Origin: Candidatus Saccharimonadota bacterium
GTDB taxonomy: Bacteria > Patescibacteriota > Saccharimonadia > Saccharimonadales > JACOTW01
Length of the DNA stretch: 64,000 nt
NCBI GenBank assembly: GCA_016178135.1
Contig: JACOTW010000001.1
Span: forward strand, 228 to 64,227
Direction of reading: 5' to 3'
Shown here one piece after another: positions 8,991 to 18,121 of the stretch. The translations under genes and the position numbers were made by a program. Below the pieces are notes generated by a model, which worked only from the letters and a program-made list of their open reading frames with translations, was not told where the DNA came from and searched no databases. Within the stretch, counting starts at the first letter, position 1. Each line of letters starts with the position of its first letter.

Positions 8991-9449
8991 ATGAAGAAAC
9001 AATTTTATCTAACCAAACAGGGCATAGAAGAGTTACGCAATGAACTTGACGAGCTACTAGCTCAACGTGGGTCAATTGCCGAACGCATTAAGACTGCCAG
9101 AGAATTTGGCGATCTTTCCGAAAACGCAGAATATAGTTCCGCGCGTCAGGAGCAGGAAAAAGCAGAAGGTCGGATAGCTGAAATTGAACACATTCTCCAA
9201 AACGTTGAGGTGATTGCTAGGCCTAAAGTTGATGGCAAAGTTCGACTTGGTTCACGCGTTATGCTAACCAATAATGGAAAAACCAAAGAGTTCCAGGTAG
9301 TTGGTACAGTAGAAGCCGATCCTTTAAACGGCAAAATATCAGATGAATCTCCAATCGGTCAAGCATTGATCGGTAAAAATATTGGGGATGAGGTTGAAAT
9401 TACCACCTCCGTTGAGACATCTATTTACAAGATTACAGAAATCGTTTAA
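8991..9449 (+). CDS. greA: Transcription elongation factor GreA
   Basis: 152 aa with the GDLSENAEYSSARQEQ signature. Confidence 0.9.
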   Translation: MKKQFYLTKQGIEELRNELDELLAQRGSIAERIKTAREFGDLSENAEYSSARQEQEKAEGRIAEIEHILQNVEVIARPKVDGKVRLGSRVMLTNNGKTKEFQVVGTVEADPLNGKISDESPIGQALIGKNIGDEVEITTSVETSIYKITEIV

Positions 9450-9472
9450 ACGAGGCTTTTGTATATATTGAT

Positions 9473-10975
9473 ATGGCTACATTGAAAGAGCTACGCGATG
9501 AGCGACTACGCAAGCTGGAGGAATTAAAAAAACTCGGTATTAACCCATACCCAGCCAGTTCAACACGTACTCATACCGCAAAAGAGGTAATTGACGGATT
9601 TGACGCATTACAAGGTCAAACCGTTAGTTTGACGGGACGGATAATTAATACGCGGAAATTTGGTAAAATAGCTTTTTTTGTGCTGAAAGATGCCAGTGGT
9701 GAGATCCAGCTTTTTTTAAAGCCTGATAATTTTTCACAATCAAGTTACGAAAATAGCGAGATCGGATTCGAGGAAATTAATCTTTTGGATCCTGGTGATT
9801 TCATCGAGGCCAGCGGCCCTGTTATAAAAACACAAACTGGTGAAATATCCATAGAAGTACATTCATTGCGCGTACTGACCAAAACGCTTAGACCGATGCC
9901 TTTGCCACAAGAAGGCTTTACTGACAAAGAACAGCGTATGCGTCGTCGCTATATAGATATTAATGTCAATAAAAATATTTATGAACGCTATGTTCGGCGC
10001 AGTAGGTTTTGGCAGGCTACCCGCGACTTCTTGTTGAAAGAAGGATTTCTTGAGATCAATGTACCAGTTTTGGAGCACACAACCGGTGGTGCTGATGCTA
10101 CGCCGTTTGTTACCCATATGAATGCCATTGATCAGGATTTTTATTTGCGCATTTCTCATGAACTTCCACTTAAACGTCTAATTGGCGGTGGCTATGAAAA
10201 AGTTTTTGACATTGGTCCGCGTTTCAGAAATGAAAATTACACAGATGAACATTTGCCGGAGCATATTGCTATGGAATGGTATTGGGCATATGCCGATTGG
10301 CAGGATGGTATGCGATTGATCCAAAACATGTTCAGATATGTTATGCAGGAAGTGTATGGCAAGTTGCAGTTCAAGATCGGTGATTTTGACGTGGATTTAG
10401 CTAAAGAATGGGAGCAGATTGACTACGCTAAAATTATCCAAAAACATTTCGGGTTGAATGTTTTCGATTGTTCGCTAGACGAGGTCAAAGAACAGCTTGC
10501 CAAACATAAGATTGAAGTTGAAAAAACCGAAAATAAGGCTCGTGGTATTGATAAACTCTGGAAAAGCATTCGTTCTAGTATTGCTGGACCGGCTTTTTTG
10601 GTTAATACGCCAACATTTATCTCGCCATTATCAAAAACCAGTCCGACTAATCCGGCCATGGTTGATCGATTTCAGCCAATCATTGCCGGAAGCGAGCTTG
10701 GCAATGGCTGGAGCGAACTCAACGATCCAATCGATCAATTAAATCGTTTCAAAGAACAACAGGCTATGCGTGATGCTGGTGATGATGAAGCTCAAATGCT
10801 TGATATTGATTACGTTGAAATGCTGGAATACGGTATGCCGCCAACCTGTGGATATGGTAATTCGGAGCGTGTGTTTTGGGTATTTGAAGGTGTAAGTGCG
10901 CGGGAAGGCGTTCCGTTTCCGCAGCTACGCCGAGAAATCGACACCACAACCAAATCAATCTACCAAATTGATTAG
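9473..10975 (+). CDS. lysS: Lysyl-tRNA synthetase, class II
   Basis: 500 aa with an OB-fold N-terminal domain and class II motifs (FRNENYTDEHLPEH, GGYGNSERV-like). Confidence 0.95.
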   Translation: MATLKELRDERLRKLEELKKLGINPYPASSTRTHTAKEVIDGFDALQGQTVSLTGRIINTRKFGKIAFFVLKDASGEIQLFLKPDNFSQSSYENSEIGFEEINLLDPGDFIEASGPVIKTQTGEISIEVHSLRVLTKTLRPMPLPQEGFTDKEQRMRRRYIDINVNKNIYERYVRRSRFWQATRDFLLKEGFLEINVPVLEHTTGGADATPFVTHMNAIDQDFYLRISHELPLKRLIGGGYEKVFDIGPRFRNENYTDEHLPEHIAMEWYWAYADWQDGMRLIQNMFRYVMQEVYGKLQFKIGDFDVDLAKEWEQIDYAKIIQKHFGLNVFDCSLDEVKEQLAKHKIEVEKTENKARGIDKLWKSIRSSIAGPAFLVNTPTFISPLSKTSPTNPAMVDRFQPIIAGSELGNGWSELNDPIDQLNRFKEQQAMRDAGDDEAQMLDIDYVEMLEYGMPPTCGYGNSERVFWVFEGVSAREGVPFPQLRREIDTTTKSIYQID

Positions 10976-12339
10976 CTTTCGCACAAGCTGATTTGCTCCG
11001 GTGACGAGCGATTTTTGATAACAGTAGAGCCTAGTTTAGCGATATCATTAATGATAAAGTTTCTTATGGTGTTTTGTTCTTCTGGTGTTATTATTCCACG
11101 GGCATTTGATAAAGTTAGCGTCCTGGAAATAGGTTGTGTAGTGGTTATTTGACTCCATTCTACACAATGTTCTACTTTTAAAGATTTGAGTAATAAATGC
11201 AACCATGTGCGATAGAAGGCGCGAGTGTTGGGTGGCGATTGGCTGGCTTTTTCTAGGTCGTCTTTGGATAACTGATTGGCAAAGTGGCCTTCTTCATGGA
11301 ATCGGTAGCCAACTCCTTGGCCAGTTTCTGTGTTCATGCCACGTAGACAATCATAATTTAGGTCTAGGGCAGCCAAATCCATGGGTTTTGTAAGGCCTTT
11401 TTGTTCGGCAATGTAGGTTTTGGTCACGTGGTCAATTTCTCTCCAGAGTAACATGGGGTCACGACGGTAACGCTGTACCTGATCTATGAGCTCCGGTAAC
11501 ATTTCTCGTTCATCGTCTGCCAGTAAATCTTGATGCTTCATAGCTTGGTTAAGCAAGTCCTCTATTACGTCTGTTGGATACAACATTCCGTTATTTGTTT
11601 GTAGCGCTACATTGCCAAACCTACTGTGAGATATTTTTTTGGCAGCTGGTATGACCTCTTGATAAAAATACTTTGGGTATATTCCATTTTCACATAGACG
11701 TAGTCCGATACTGAACAGGCCTAGTGTTGTGGCGGTGGCGCGTGGATTAATGTTCGGGTCGGCTGTAATTTGCAAACGAAATGTATCCTCGCTATCGCCA
11801 TTATGATTTTCGTCACGATCTATTATCCATGGCTTATGAGCTTGGTGAGCCAATTTTGTTATGACATCAGTGATGGCTGAGCCACGTTGACTAGTGCCAA
11901 ACATCACAGTATCTTCTAATAGTAAACCGGTTCTATCGGCCCAGCCGGCACCATTAATGATCATGCAGGCGGTTATAAAAGTACCTAACTGTTCCGCTAT
12001 TTTTGCCCGTGATGTAGTTGCTGTCACCTCAAGATTTATATGAAAACCCCTAATAGTTGGCTCACCGCCCTCACTGTGTCCACGGATACGCCGGTGTATT
12101 CGTTGCGAGTTGGTGCTTTTTGCTATTAGTAAATCACTGACATGAGTGTAGATTGTGGCTTCGGCTATGCCGGCTGTCTCCGGAGTAGCACATTCCAGGC
12201 CATACCCATCCGGATAAGTTAAACCTCCATTTAGCTCCCAGTAAGAGAACCCCCCTGTTTGCGTTAAGTTGTTTTTGACCATGTATTCCATCTCTGTGCC
12301 AAAGATACGACGCTCTGGATTTTCAATACGGTCTATCAT
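10972..12339 (-). CDS. Pup-ligase/deamidase family (PafA/Dop-like) carboxylate-amine ligase homolog
   Basis: N-terminus RIFGTEMEYMV (compare RIxGxETEYG) and NGGLTYPDGYGLECATPE. About 456 aa from the ATG at 12339; the ORF track extends to a TTG at 12444. No proteasome, Mpa or Pup gene nearby. Confidence 0.6.
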   Translation of the reverse strand: MIDRIENPERRIFGTEMEYMVKNNLTQTGGFSYWELNGGLTYPDGYGLECATPETAGIAEATIYTHVSDLLIAKSTNSQRIHRRIRGHSEGGEPTIRGFHINLEVTATTSRAKIAEQLGTFITACMIINGAGWADRTGLLLEDTVMFGTSQRGSAITDVITKLAHQAHKPWIIDRDENHNGDSEDTFRLQITADPNINPRATATTLGLFSIGLRLCENGIYPKYFYQEVIPAAKKISHSRFGNVALQTNNGMLYPTDVIEDLLNQAMKHQDLLADDEREMLPELIDQVQRYRRDPMLLWREIDHVTKTYIAEQKGLTKPMDLAALDLNYDCLRGMNTETGQGVGYRFHEEGHFANQLSKDDLEKASQSPPNTRAFYRTWLHLLLKSLKVEHCVEWSQITTTQPISRTLTLSNARGIITPEEQNTIRNFIINDIAKLGSTVIKNRSSPEQISLCES

Positions 12340-12627
12340 AAATAAATAAAAACACAGATTACACTTATAAACAAAAGCATTTCCCTGATTGATCCCAAGT
12401 ATTTGCAAATGTTGAAATATTATAAAATAATCGATTTGGAACAAAAATCATCACGTGCTGACTTTACGGTTTATTTGGCAAGAAGTCTTTAATTGTGCTA
12501 TGCTTAAGTTAAGCAAGTGGTTACTATACCTCTCCGTTGTCATAATTCGTCCAAAAGACTGAAGTATCATCACCGGTTAGACAATACTAGCGCGGGCGAT
12601 ATTAGTTAAAGAGAGGACAATATTAAA

Positions 12628-12924
12628 ATGGCGATGAAACTTTACGTAGGTGGTCTGGCTTATGCCGTTACCGATAAAGAATTAGAAGACTTTTTCGCGG
12701 GACAAGGAAAAGTAGTTAGTGCAGTAGTCATAAAAGATAGAGACAGCGGTCAATCAAAAGGCTTCGGTTTTGTAGAGATGGAAGATGACACAGAAGCACA
12801 AAACGCAATCAAAGAACTAAATGGTAAAGAACTAAGCGGCCGATCATTAACGGTCAACCAGGCTCGTCCCCAAGAGGATCGACGTCCTGGCGGTAATGGC
12901 GGTAGTTTCCGTAAATCTTACTAG
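12628..12924 (+). CDS. RRM-type RNA-binding protein
   Basis: RNP2 LYVGGL and RNP1 KGFGFVEM motifs with a Gly/Arg-rich tail. Shine-Dalgarno AGAGAGGA upstream. Confidence 0.9.
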   Translation: MAMKLYVGGLAYAVTDKELEDFFAGQGKVVSAVVIKDRDSGQSKGFGFVEMEDDTEAQNAIKELNGKELSGRSLTVNQARPQEDRRPGGNGGSFRKSY

Positions 12925-13035
12925 TTCCGAGTTTTACGTTTATAGACATCACACTCTGATGCCCCATAAAGTCCATGCTCACAAGTAGTGCAAGCCAGCT
13001 ATCCAGCGAACCTGTCAGGGTGAACTGTATCTATA

Positions 13036-13366
13036 CTGGACCTGTCGCAAAGCTCCCCCATCCCCAGACCAATTCATCTCGATTGGTAGCGGTCTGTCTT
13101 CTCTCGATGTAGCAAAGAGCTAATTAACATCTATCTGTCGGCTAAAATCTTCAGGTCTGTCACTTTTATTCTGTTTTTTGTTTTCGGTTCGTACCGATAG
13201 GTACGACCAAAAGCCAAGAAAACAGAATAAAAATCATGACAGCTGCTAAAGATTCGCTATCAACAGATAGATATTAATTAGCTCTAAGGCTACCTCTCCT
13301 TCAGCCAAACCACTCCCAACTCGAGCTGATTTAGCCTGGGAACGGGCGATTTTGCGACAGGTCCAG
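13036..13366 (+). mobile_element. PE-A element (gamma subtype) with nested PE-E
   Basis: TIRs CTGGACCTGTCGCAAA/TTTGCGACAGGTCCAG with flanks TATA/TGTA. Confidence 0.85.
13116..13285 (+). mobile_element. PE-E palindromic element nested in PE-A
   Basis: TIR AGAGCTAATTAACATCTATCTGT / ACAGATAGATATTAATTAGCTCT with a central hairpin GGTTCGTACC-GAT-AGGTACGACC. A second, truncated copy lies at 34046-34182. Confidence 0.8.
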
Positions 13367-13530
13367 TGTAGATACCGAGAACTGAACCAATTCGTCAGAT
13401 AGTCGGATGGTGCTGGTTGTGAGTGCGGAATGGGGGCTATATGTGTATAAAGTGTGAAAGTCGTGTTAGAGATAAATAATTTAAAATAAAGTCGAGCTTT
13501 TTGGTTTGGCTGAGATCGGTATTATTTTCT

Positions 13531-14574
13531 ATGAAAAAAATTGATAAACACATTGAGATAGTGCGCTCCTCTGTGGCTAGTTTTAATTCTATGAGCGGGG
13601 TATCCTGCCATGATGCCCAGGCAGTTTTGGCTAAACACTATGCCCATGTCGGTATTACTATGATTGACAATTTGTCGGACCTGGAAGCTTTAGTGGACCT
13701 AAAGCCGGATCTGGTTTTTTTAGGTATGAAATTTGTGCCCATTGCTCCCGATCTAGGACTAGAAGATCCAAACAAAATTTGGGTAACCAGCTATCTGGAT
13801 GAACACGGCATAGTCTATACGGGGTCAAGCCAGCTCGCACACGAACTGGAACTAAATAAGCATCTGGCAAAACAGCATGTCCATGATGCCGGTTTGGCTA
13901 CATCTGAATTTTTTGTAGTACCCCTAAATCAAGCCATACCTAGTCACAACCTACCTCTAACTTTTCCTTTATTTATAAAGCCAACCAATCGAGGTGGTGG
14001 TGTGGGCATTGATAGTAAATCAGTGGTGCATACGCCTTTTGAATTTGATGAAAAAGTGGCGTTTATTGCAAAAAACTTACAATCGGATTCATTGGTAGAA
14101 AAATATTTGGATGGCCGAGAATTTAGTGTGGCAATTTTGAAACAAGAATATTCCACTGAATATTCAATAATGCCACTAGAATTGATTGCTCCTAAGGATG
14201 AATATGGCGCACGTATTTTGAGCGCACGTATAAAAGCTGCCGATACGGAACGTTTCATGGAGGTTACTGACGAGGATATTAAGTATCGAATTTCAACACT
14301 GGCAATTGATGTTTTTCATGCTTTAGGCGCGCGCGATTATGGACGTATAGATATTAGAATGGACACATTTGGGGTTCCGTATTTTCTGGAGGCAAACCTT
14401 ATACCCAGTCTACTCAAAGGCTATGGCAACTTTCCTAAGGCCTGCCTACTTAACATAGATCTGGATTATGAATCCATGCTTCTTAGTATTGTGCGCCTAG
14501 CTTTCTGTCGTAGCCCAAATAGTACTACTTACGTGCCGTATCTGGCTACTTCGAACATAGCTTACGCAGTCTGA
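13531..14574 (+). CDS. D-alanine--D-alanine ligase family ATP-grasp enzyme
   Basis: ATP-grasp core LFIKPTNRGGGVGI and ARDYGRIDIRMDTFGVPYFLEANLIPSL. The start is taken at MKKIDKH. Confidence 0.8.
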   Translation: MKKIDKHIEIVRSSVASFNSMSGVSCHDAQAVLAKHYAHVGITMIDNLSDLEALVDLKPDLVFLGMKFVPIAPDLGLEDPNKIWVTSYLDEHGIVYTGSSQLAHELELNKHLAKQHVHDAGLATSEFFVVPLNQAIPSHNLPLTFPLFIKPTNRGGGVGIDSKSVVHTPFEFDEKVAFIAKNLQSDSLVEKYLDGREFSVAILKQEYSTEYSIMPLELIAPKDEYGARILSARIKAADTERFMEVTDEDIKYRISTLAIDVFHALGARDYGRIDIRMDTFGVPYFLEANLIPSLLKGYGNFPKACLLNIDLDYESMLLSIVRLAFCRSPNSTTYVPYLATSNIAYAV

Positions 14575-14578
14575 TATG

Positions 14579-14832
14579 CTAGACCAATCGCAAACTCTCT
14601 TTCGGACACGAGTTTCGCACTTTTCCATAGCCCCAGATGACACCTGACAAGCTACAGCCACTCACTCCTCACTCAACATAGGCTATAGCCCAAGCCTCCC
14701 TCGGATTGAACAACTGTAACCAGCCAGCTGCAACCTGGCATCAATGGCTAAGTGCGAAACTCGTGTCGGATAAAAACAGTTTTCGCTCGAACTGATTCGC
14801 CCTGGGAACGACGGATTTCGCGACAGGTCCAG
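14579..14832 (+). mobile_element. Internally deleted PE-A carrying a nested PE-B
   Basis: A degenerate left TIR CTAGACCAATCGCAAA joins directly to the right half ...CTGGGAACGACGGATTTCGCGACAGGTCCAG. It begins 4 nt after the stop of the Ddl-like gene. Confidence 0.75.
14606..14765 (+). mobile_element. PE-B element, full copy
   Basis: TIRs ACACGAGTTTCGCACTT/AAGTGCGAAACTCGTGT with a 3-bp TSD (CGG/CGG). Confidence 0.85.
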
Positions 14833-14876
14833 TATACCGTTACGACAGTTATGGCCATAGGGTGTATTATTAGTTT

Positions 14877-15521
14877 ATGCAAAAGGCGATGTTTGGGGCG
14901 GGGTGTTTTTGGGGAGTGCAGTATTATTTTGACCAAGTACCTGGGGTAAATAAAACTACCGTAGGCTATAGCGGCGGGCATACCAAAAATCCGTCTTATG
15001 AAGAAGTTTGTACGCATACTACTGGTCATGCGGAAGTGGTTGAAATTGAGTTTGACCCAAGTAAAGTCAGCTATGAAACACTTGTAAAACAATTTTTTCG
15101 GATGCACGACCCCACACAATTAAATAGGCAAGGTCCAGATGTAGGCGATAGCTATAGCCATCCCAAAACAAAATGACCATTTTTGTCTGCGCCTGATGAT
15201 CTAAAAACTACTTTTTTGTCTGCAGCATATCTACGGATATGCTTTAGCCAAAGAAAGCTAGTTTTTAGACTCATCATCCATCACTCAAAATTTGGTCATT
15301 TTGTTTTGGAATGGCTATATCGTTCGGCGATTTTTTATTTTGATGACGATCAAAAGCAAATTGCCGGAACAATTAAAGCGACCACGCAAAATAGTTCTGA
15401 AAAGCCCATCGTAACAGAAATAACTCAAGCTATGGAGTTTTACAAAGCTGAAGATTACCACCAAAAATACACCGAACGCACTGGTCGCGGCATGTGCCAC
15501 GTGCCATATAAAGAGGTATAG
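14877..15521 (+). pseudogene. msrA: Peptide methionine sulfoxide reductase MsrA interrupted by a PE-C insertion
   Basis: GCFWGV...[11 protein letters not shown] ends at 15155 and RSAIFYFDDDQKQ... resumes at 15321. The junction matches the conserved GxxYRSAIY. The 165-bp insert is in frame but contains a TGA at 15174-15176. Confidence 0.8.
15155..15317 (+). mobile_element. PE-C element, full copy, inside msrA
   Basis: TIRs TAGCCATCCCAAAACAAAATGACCA / TGGTCATTTTGTTTTGGAATGGCTA with a TA target-site duplication (15153-54 and 15318-19). Confidence 0.85.
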
Positions 15522-15537
15522 CATAGCAACATACAAA

Positions 15538-15559
15538 AAGTGCGAAACTCGTGTATACT
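15538..15559 (+). promoter_or_regulatory. Solo PE-B right end supplying a TATACT -10-like hexamer 7 nt upstream of an ATG
   Basis: The sequence reads AAGTGCGAAACTCGTGTATACT, then 7 nt, then the ATG at 15567. Confidence 0.5.
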
Positions 15560-15566
15560 TCTTTTT

Positions 15567-16454
15567 ATGGCGAAGAAAACTTCTAATAAGGCAAAGATAA
15601 AATCGAAGGTAACTAAGAAAACTAAGACCCGCAAATTAATTACTACTAGTCTGAAAATAACAAGAAAAACCAAACTTGGCTGGGTCAACACTATAGACCA
15701 CAAGCAACTTAGAATACTTCATATATTAAGTGGAGTGTTATTTGTGGTACTTGCCATAGCTGCCGGTACGATTATGAAAACCACTAACTACCAACTGTAT
15801 ACAAGCTACGTTACAAGAGATGAGCTTGCAAGTCGGACAACTACCGTACTAGTGCCAGCGGCGCATAATTTTTATGAACTTGATGTTAGATGGGCCGTGG
15901 TTGTTTTGATGGCTTCAGCTGCTATTATTCCGCTCCTGATGGTTACTAAATTAAAAGATCGTTATCATTCCTGGATAAAGGAAGGTGTTCACCCTTGGCG
16001 CTGGATTGATGTTGCCGTAACTATGGCGTTAACCGTGGGTCTGACAGCACTTGTAAGTGGCGTACAGGATATACTAACGCTGAAATTAGTGGTTGGGCTT
16101 ATTGTTTTGGTGGCTGTACTTGCCTGGCTTTCCGAACGGCAAAATAAAGGGTTAAATAAACCGGTATGGTCGCTGTTTGTAATAAGTTTTATCACTGGTC
16201 TGTTTGTTTGGGCGGTTATTGCGAGTTCGTTTATTAGTACCTATATATGGGGTATGGTGCGTTTTCCGTGGTTCGTGTACGCGGTGGTGACCATGACATT
16301 TATAGGTTTTGGCTTAGCGGCCATCAATCACTACAATTACCTTAGACGTTATGGTAATTGGAAAAATTATATGTTCGTTGAACGTAATTACCTAATCATT
16401 AATCTTGTATCCAAATTTGCTTTTGTCGCCATATTTATTATGGGCTTAAAGTAA
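15567..16454 (+). CDS. Polytopic membrane protein with a Lys-rich N-terminus, unknown function
   Basis: About 295 aa with multiple hydrophobic helices. No recognisable family. Confidence 0.5.
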   Translation: MAKKTSNKAKIKSKVTKKTKTRKLITTSLKITRKTKLGWVNTIDHKQLRILHILSGVLFVVLAIAAGTIMKTTNYQLYTSYVTRDELASRTTTVLVPAAHNFYELDVRWAVVVLMASAAIIPLLMVTKLKDRYHSWIKEGVHPWRWIDVAVTMALTVGLTALVSGVQDILTLKLVVGLIVLVAVLAWLSERQNKGLNKPVWSLFVISFITGLFVWAVIASSFISTYIWGMVRFPWFVYAVVTMTFIGFGLAAINHYNYLRRYGNWKNYMFVERNYLIINLVSKFAFVAIFIMGLK

Positions 16455-16541
16455 ACACGAGTTTTGCTTAGTTTTTTGAAACAATCTGGCATCGATGGCT
16501 AAGTGCACAATGCCTAACCATTACGAAAATCGTGCTTGTGT
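16455..16541 (+). mobile_element. PE-B short variant
   Basis: ACACGAGTTTTGC...GGCTAAGTGCAC...AAAATCGTGCTTGTGT. It begins directly after the stop codon of the upstream gene. Confidence 0.6.
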
Positions 16542-16597
16542 TTACTTGCAGGCCATGAGTATACTGGTAAGCAATATAACAATCTAAGGAAGCATTT

Positions 16598-17263
16598 ATG
16601 CCAGAAGAACATGATAATTCATTATTCCATGAAAGAAGTGCCAACACTTACTCTAGCGCTCCAACACCAGCAGTTTACCCAGAGCCCTTGGAGGGCATGG
16701 TTGCTCCAACGCCGGACTTTACTACTACTAAGCCGGTAACTCAAAGCGTGTCTGACGAGGCCCCTAAAACATTATCCATAACGGATACTCAATCAAACGG
16801 AGATCCCGTACCTGTAGTACGTGTGTTGAGTGTGCGTGGGGTAGAATATTTGATGATGTCATTTGCTCTGTGGCTAGGGGCAGGTTCATTAATCTGGGTG
16901 TTACTTGCCCTGATTAATGGTTACGGTAGCACAACCACACTAGCAATGCCTGGTGCGACAATGATTGTGAGCGTGCCAGTCTTCGCCTTTTTCTTTTTGC
17001 GACTAAGAAAACAGGAGCTGGTCAACTCATCTCTACGTTATGAGCCTTCAAAGCGGCGCCTTACTCAAATAACTCAATTTGTAGCATTTATTACTTGTAT
17101 GCTTAATACTGTTACATTTGTGTATCTCATGATTGCTAAAGTTAGCGGTCAAGATGGTATTGTTCTATGGAAAGCCTTCGCAAACCTATTGATTGTTCTC
17201 ATAGTGGTTGGCGGGATTTTGGCCTATTACTGGGCAGATGAACATCGCACGATAAGGGACTGA
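16598..17263 (+). CDS. Membrane protein, unknown function
   Basis: 221 aa with a Pro/Thr-rich N-terminus followed by about 4 TM helices. AAGGAAG Shine-Dalgarno upstream. Confidence 0.5.
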   Translation: MPEEHDNSLFHERSANTYSSAPTPAVYPEPLEGMVAPTPDFTTTKPVTQSVSDEAPKTLSITDTQSNGDPVPVVRVLSVRGVEYLMMSFALWLGAGSLIWVLLALINGYGSTTTLAMPGATMIVSVPVFAFFFLRLRKQELVNSSLRYEPSKRRLTQITQFVAFITCMLNTVTFVYLMIAKVSGQDGIVLWKAFANLLIVLIVVGGILAYYWADEHRTIRD

Positions 17264-17269
17264 ATATCT

Positions 17270-18121
17270 ATGAAAAAATACTATATAGGTGTTACGATTC
17301 TTATAGCAATAACCCTAGGGCTAACTGGCTACATCTTTGTGGGGGCTACTGCGGAAAAGCAAGATCGACAAACAGAGAAAAAAGCTCAAGAAATCGTTAC
17401 AAAATTAAATAGCCATATTAGAACTTCTCAAAAAATTCCGGAAAACCTTACGGAAGCGGGTATTAAAGACGTGCCATCAACCATTAGCTACTCTAAACAA
17501 TCATCAAGTGAATATGAGTTTTGCACGACCTATAAGTCGTCTAAAGGCTATGGATATAGTGATCCTAGCTCAATTCTAAGTGGCATGGCAACACGACAAT
17601 TGGGTGGTTATGATACAGAATCTTCGAATAGCGTCTATAAGTCCAGTGGTCTAAGTAGTCTATATGTAAACTACACTCATAAAAAAGGTAAAAATTGCCA
17701 AACGGTCAAGCCGTATCTATATAACTATGATTCAACGGATAATTTGTATTATAATAAGCCCAACAATTCCAGTTCCTCGTCCCTGTCATCATCTAGTCAG
17801 GATGTTGAACGAAAGACTGACATAATGGCACTGCAATCACAACTGGAAGATTATTATAATCAGAACGGAGTTTATCCTACGGTTAATGACATTAATAGTG
17901 CATCATGGCGTAGCATTAATATGAAAAACCTAAATAAAGAATATTTACGCGATCCGTTAAGTGGAAGTTATGCACTTACAAGTATTCCAATGAAAAATTA
18001 CTATTCCTATGAGGTATTGGGATCGAATGGAAAGGCTTGTATGTCTACAGACTGCGCATCCTACACTTTAAGTGCCAAATTAAGCGACGGCACTTCGTAT
18101 GTCAAGCAAAGCCTGATATGA
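17270..18121 (+). CDS. Membrane-anchored secreted protein with a pilin/PulG-like C-terminal fold
   Basis: An N-terminal TM anchor and a C-terminal DVERKTDIMALQSQLEDYYNQNGVYP pattern typical of type IV pilin-like domains. It lacks a canonical prepilin G/FTLxE site. Confidence 0.4.
   Translation: MKKYYIGVTILIAITLGLTGYIFVGATAEKQDRQTEKKAQEIVTKLNSHIRTSQKIPENLTEAGIKDVPSTISYSKQSSSEYEFCTTYKSSKGYGYSDPSSILSGMATRQLGGYDTESSNSVYKSSGLSSLYVNYTHKKGKNCQTVKPYLYNYDSTDNLYYNKPNNSSSSSLSSSSQDVERKTDIMALQSQLEDYYNQNGVYPTVNDINSASWRSINMKNLNKEYLRDPLSGSYALTSIPMKNYYSYEVLGSNGKACMSTDCASYTLSAKLSDGTSYVKQSLI

Larger units (their letters stand above)
12926..13468 (+). mobile_element. Outer PE-B-like element enclosing PE-A, which encloses PE-E (three-level nest)
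   Basis: The right end AAAGTGTGAAAGTCGTGT resembles the PE-B right TIR, and the left end CCGAGTTTTACGTTTAT is degenerate. The arms 12958-13035 and 13367-13440 are imperfect inverted repeats. Confidence 0.4.

Noticed and set aside
15174-15176. The in-frame TGA inside the msrA insert could mean TGA is a sense codon (code 4/25, as in some CPR lineages).
   Set aside because: An intact RF2 gene (prfB, SPF motif) is present. Several well-defined genes end at TGA (for example the Ddl-like gene, xseA, and the receiver gene with its ATGA overlap). Long ORFs are otherwise consistent with code 11.
15155-15317. The msrA insert might be an intein or a self-splicing intron.
   Set aside because: It is far too short (163 bp) for an intein or a group I/II intron. 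It has TIRs and a TA duplication, contains a stop codon, and recurs in intergenic positions. All of this fits a MITE.
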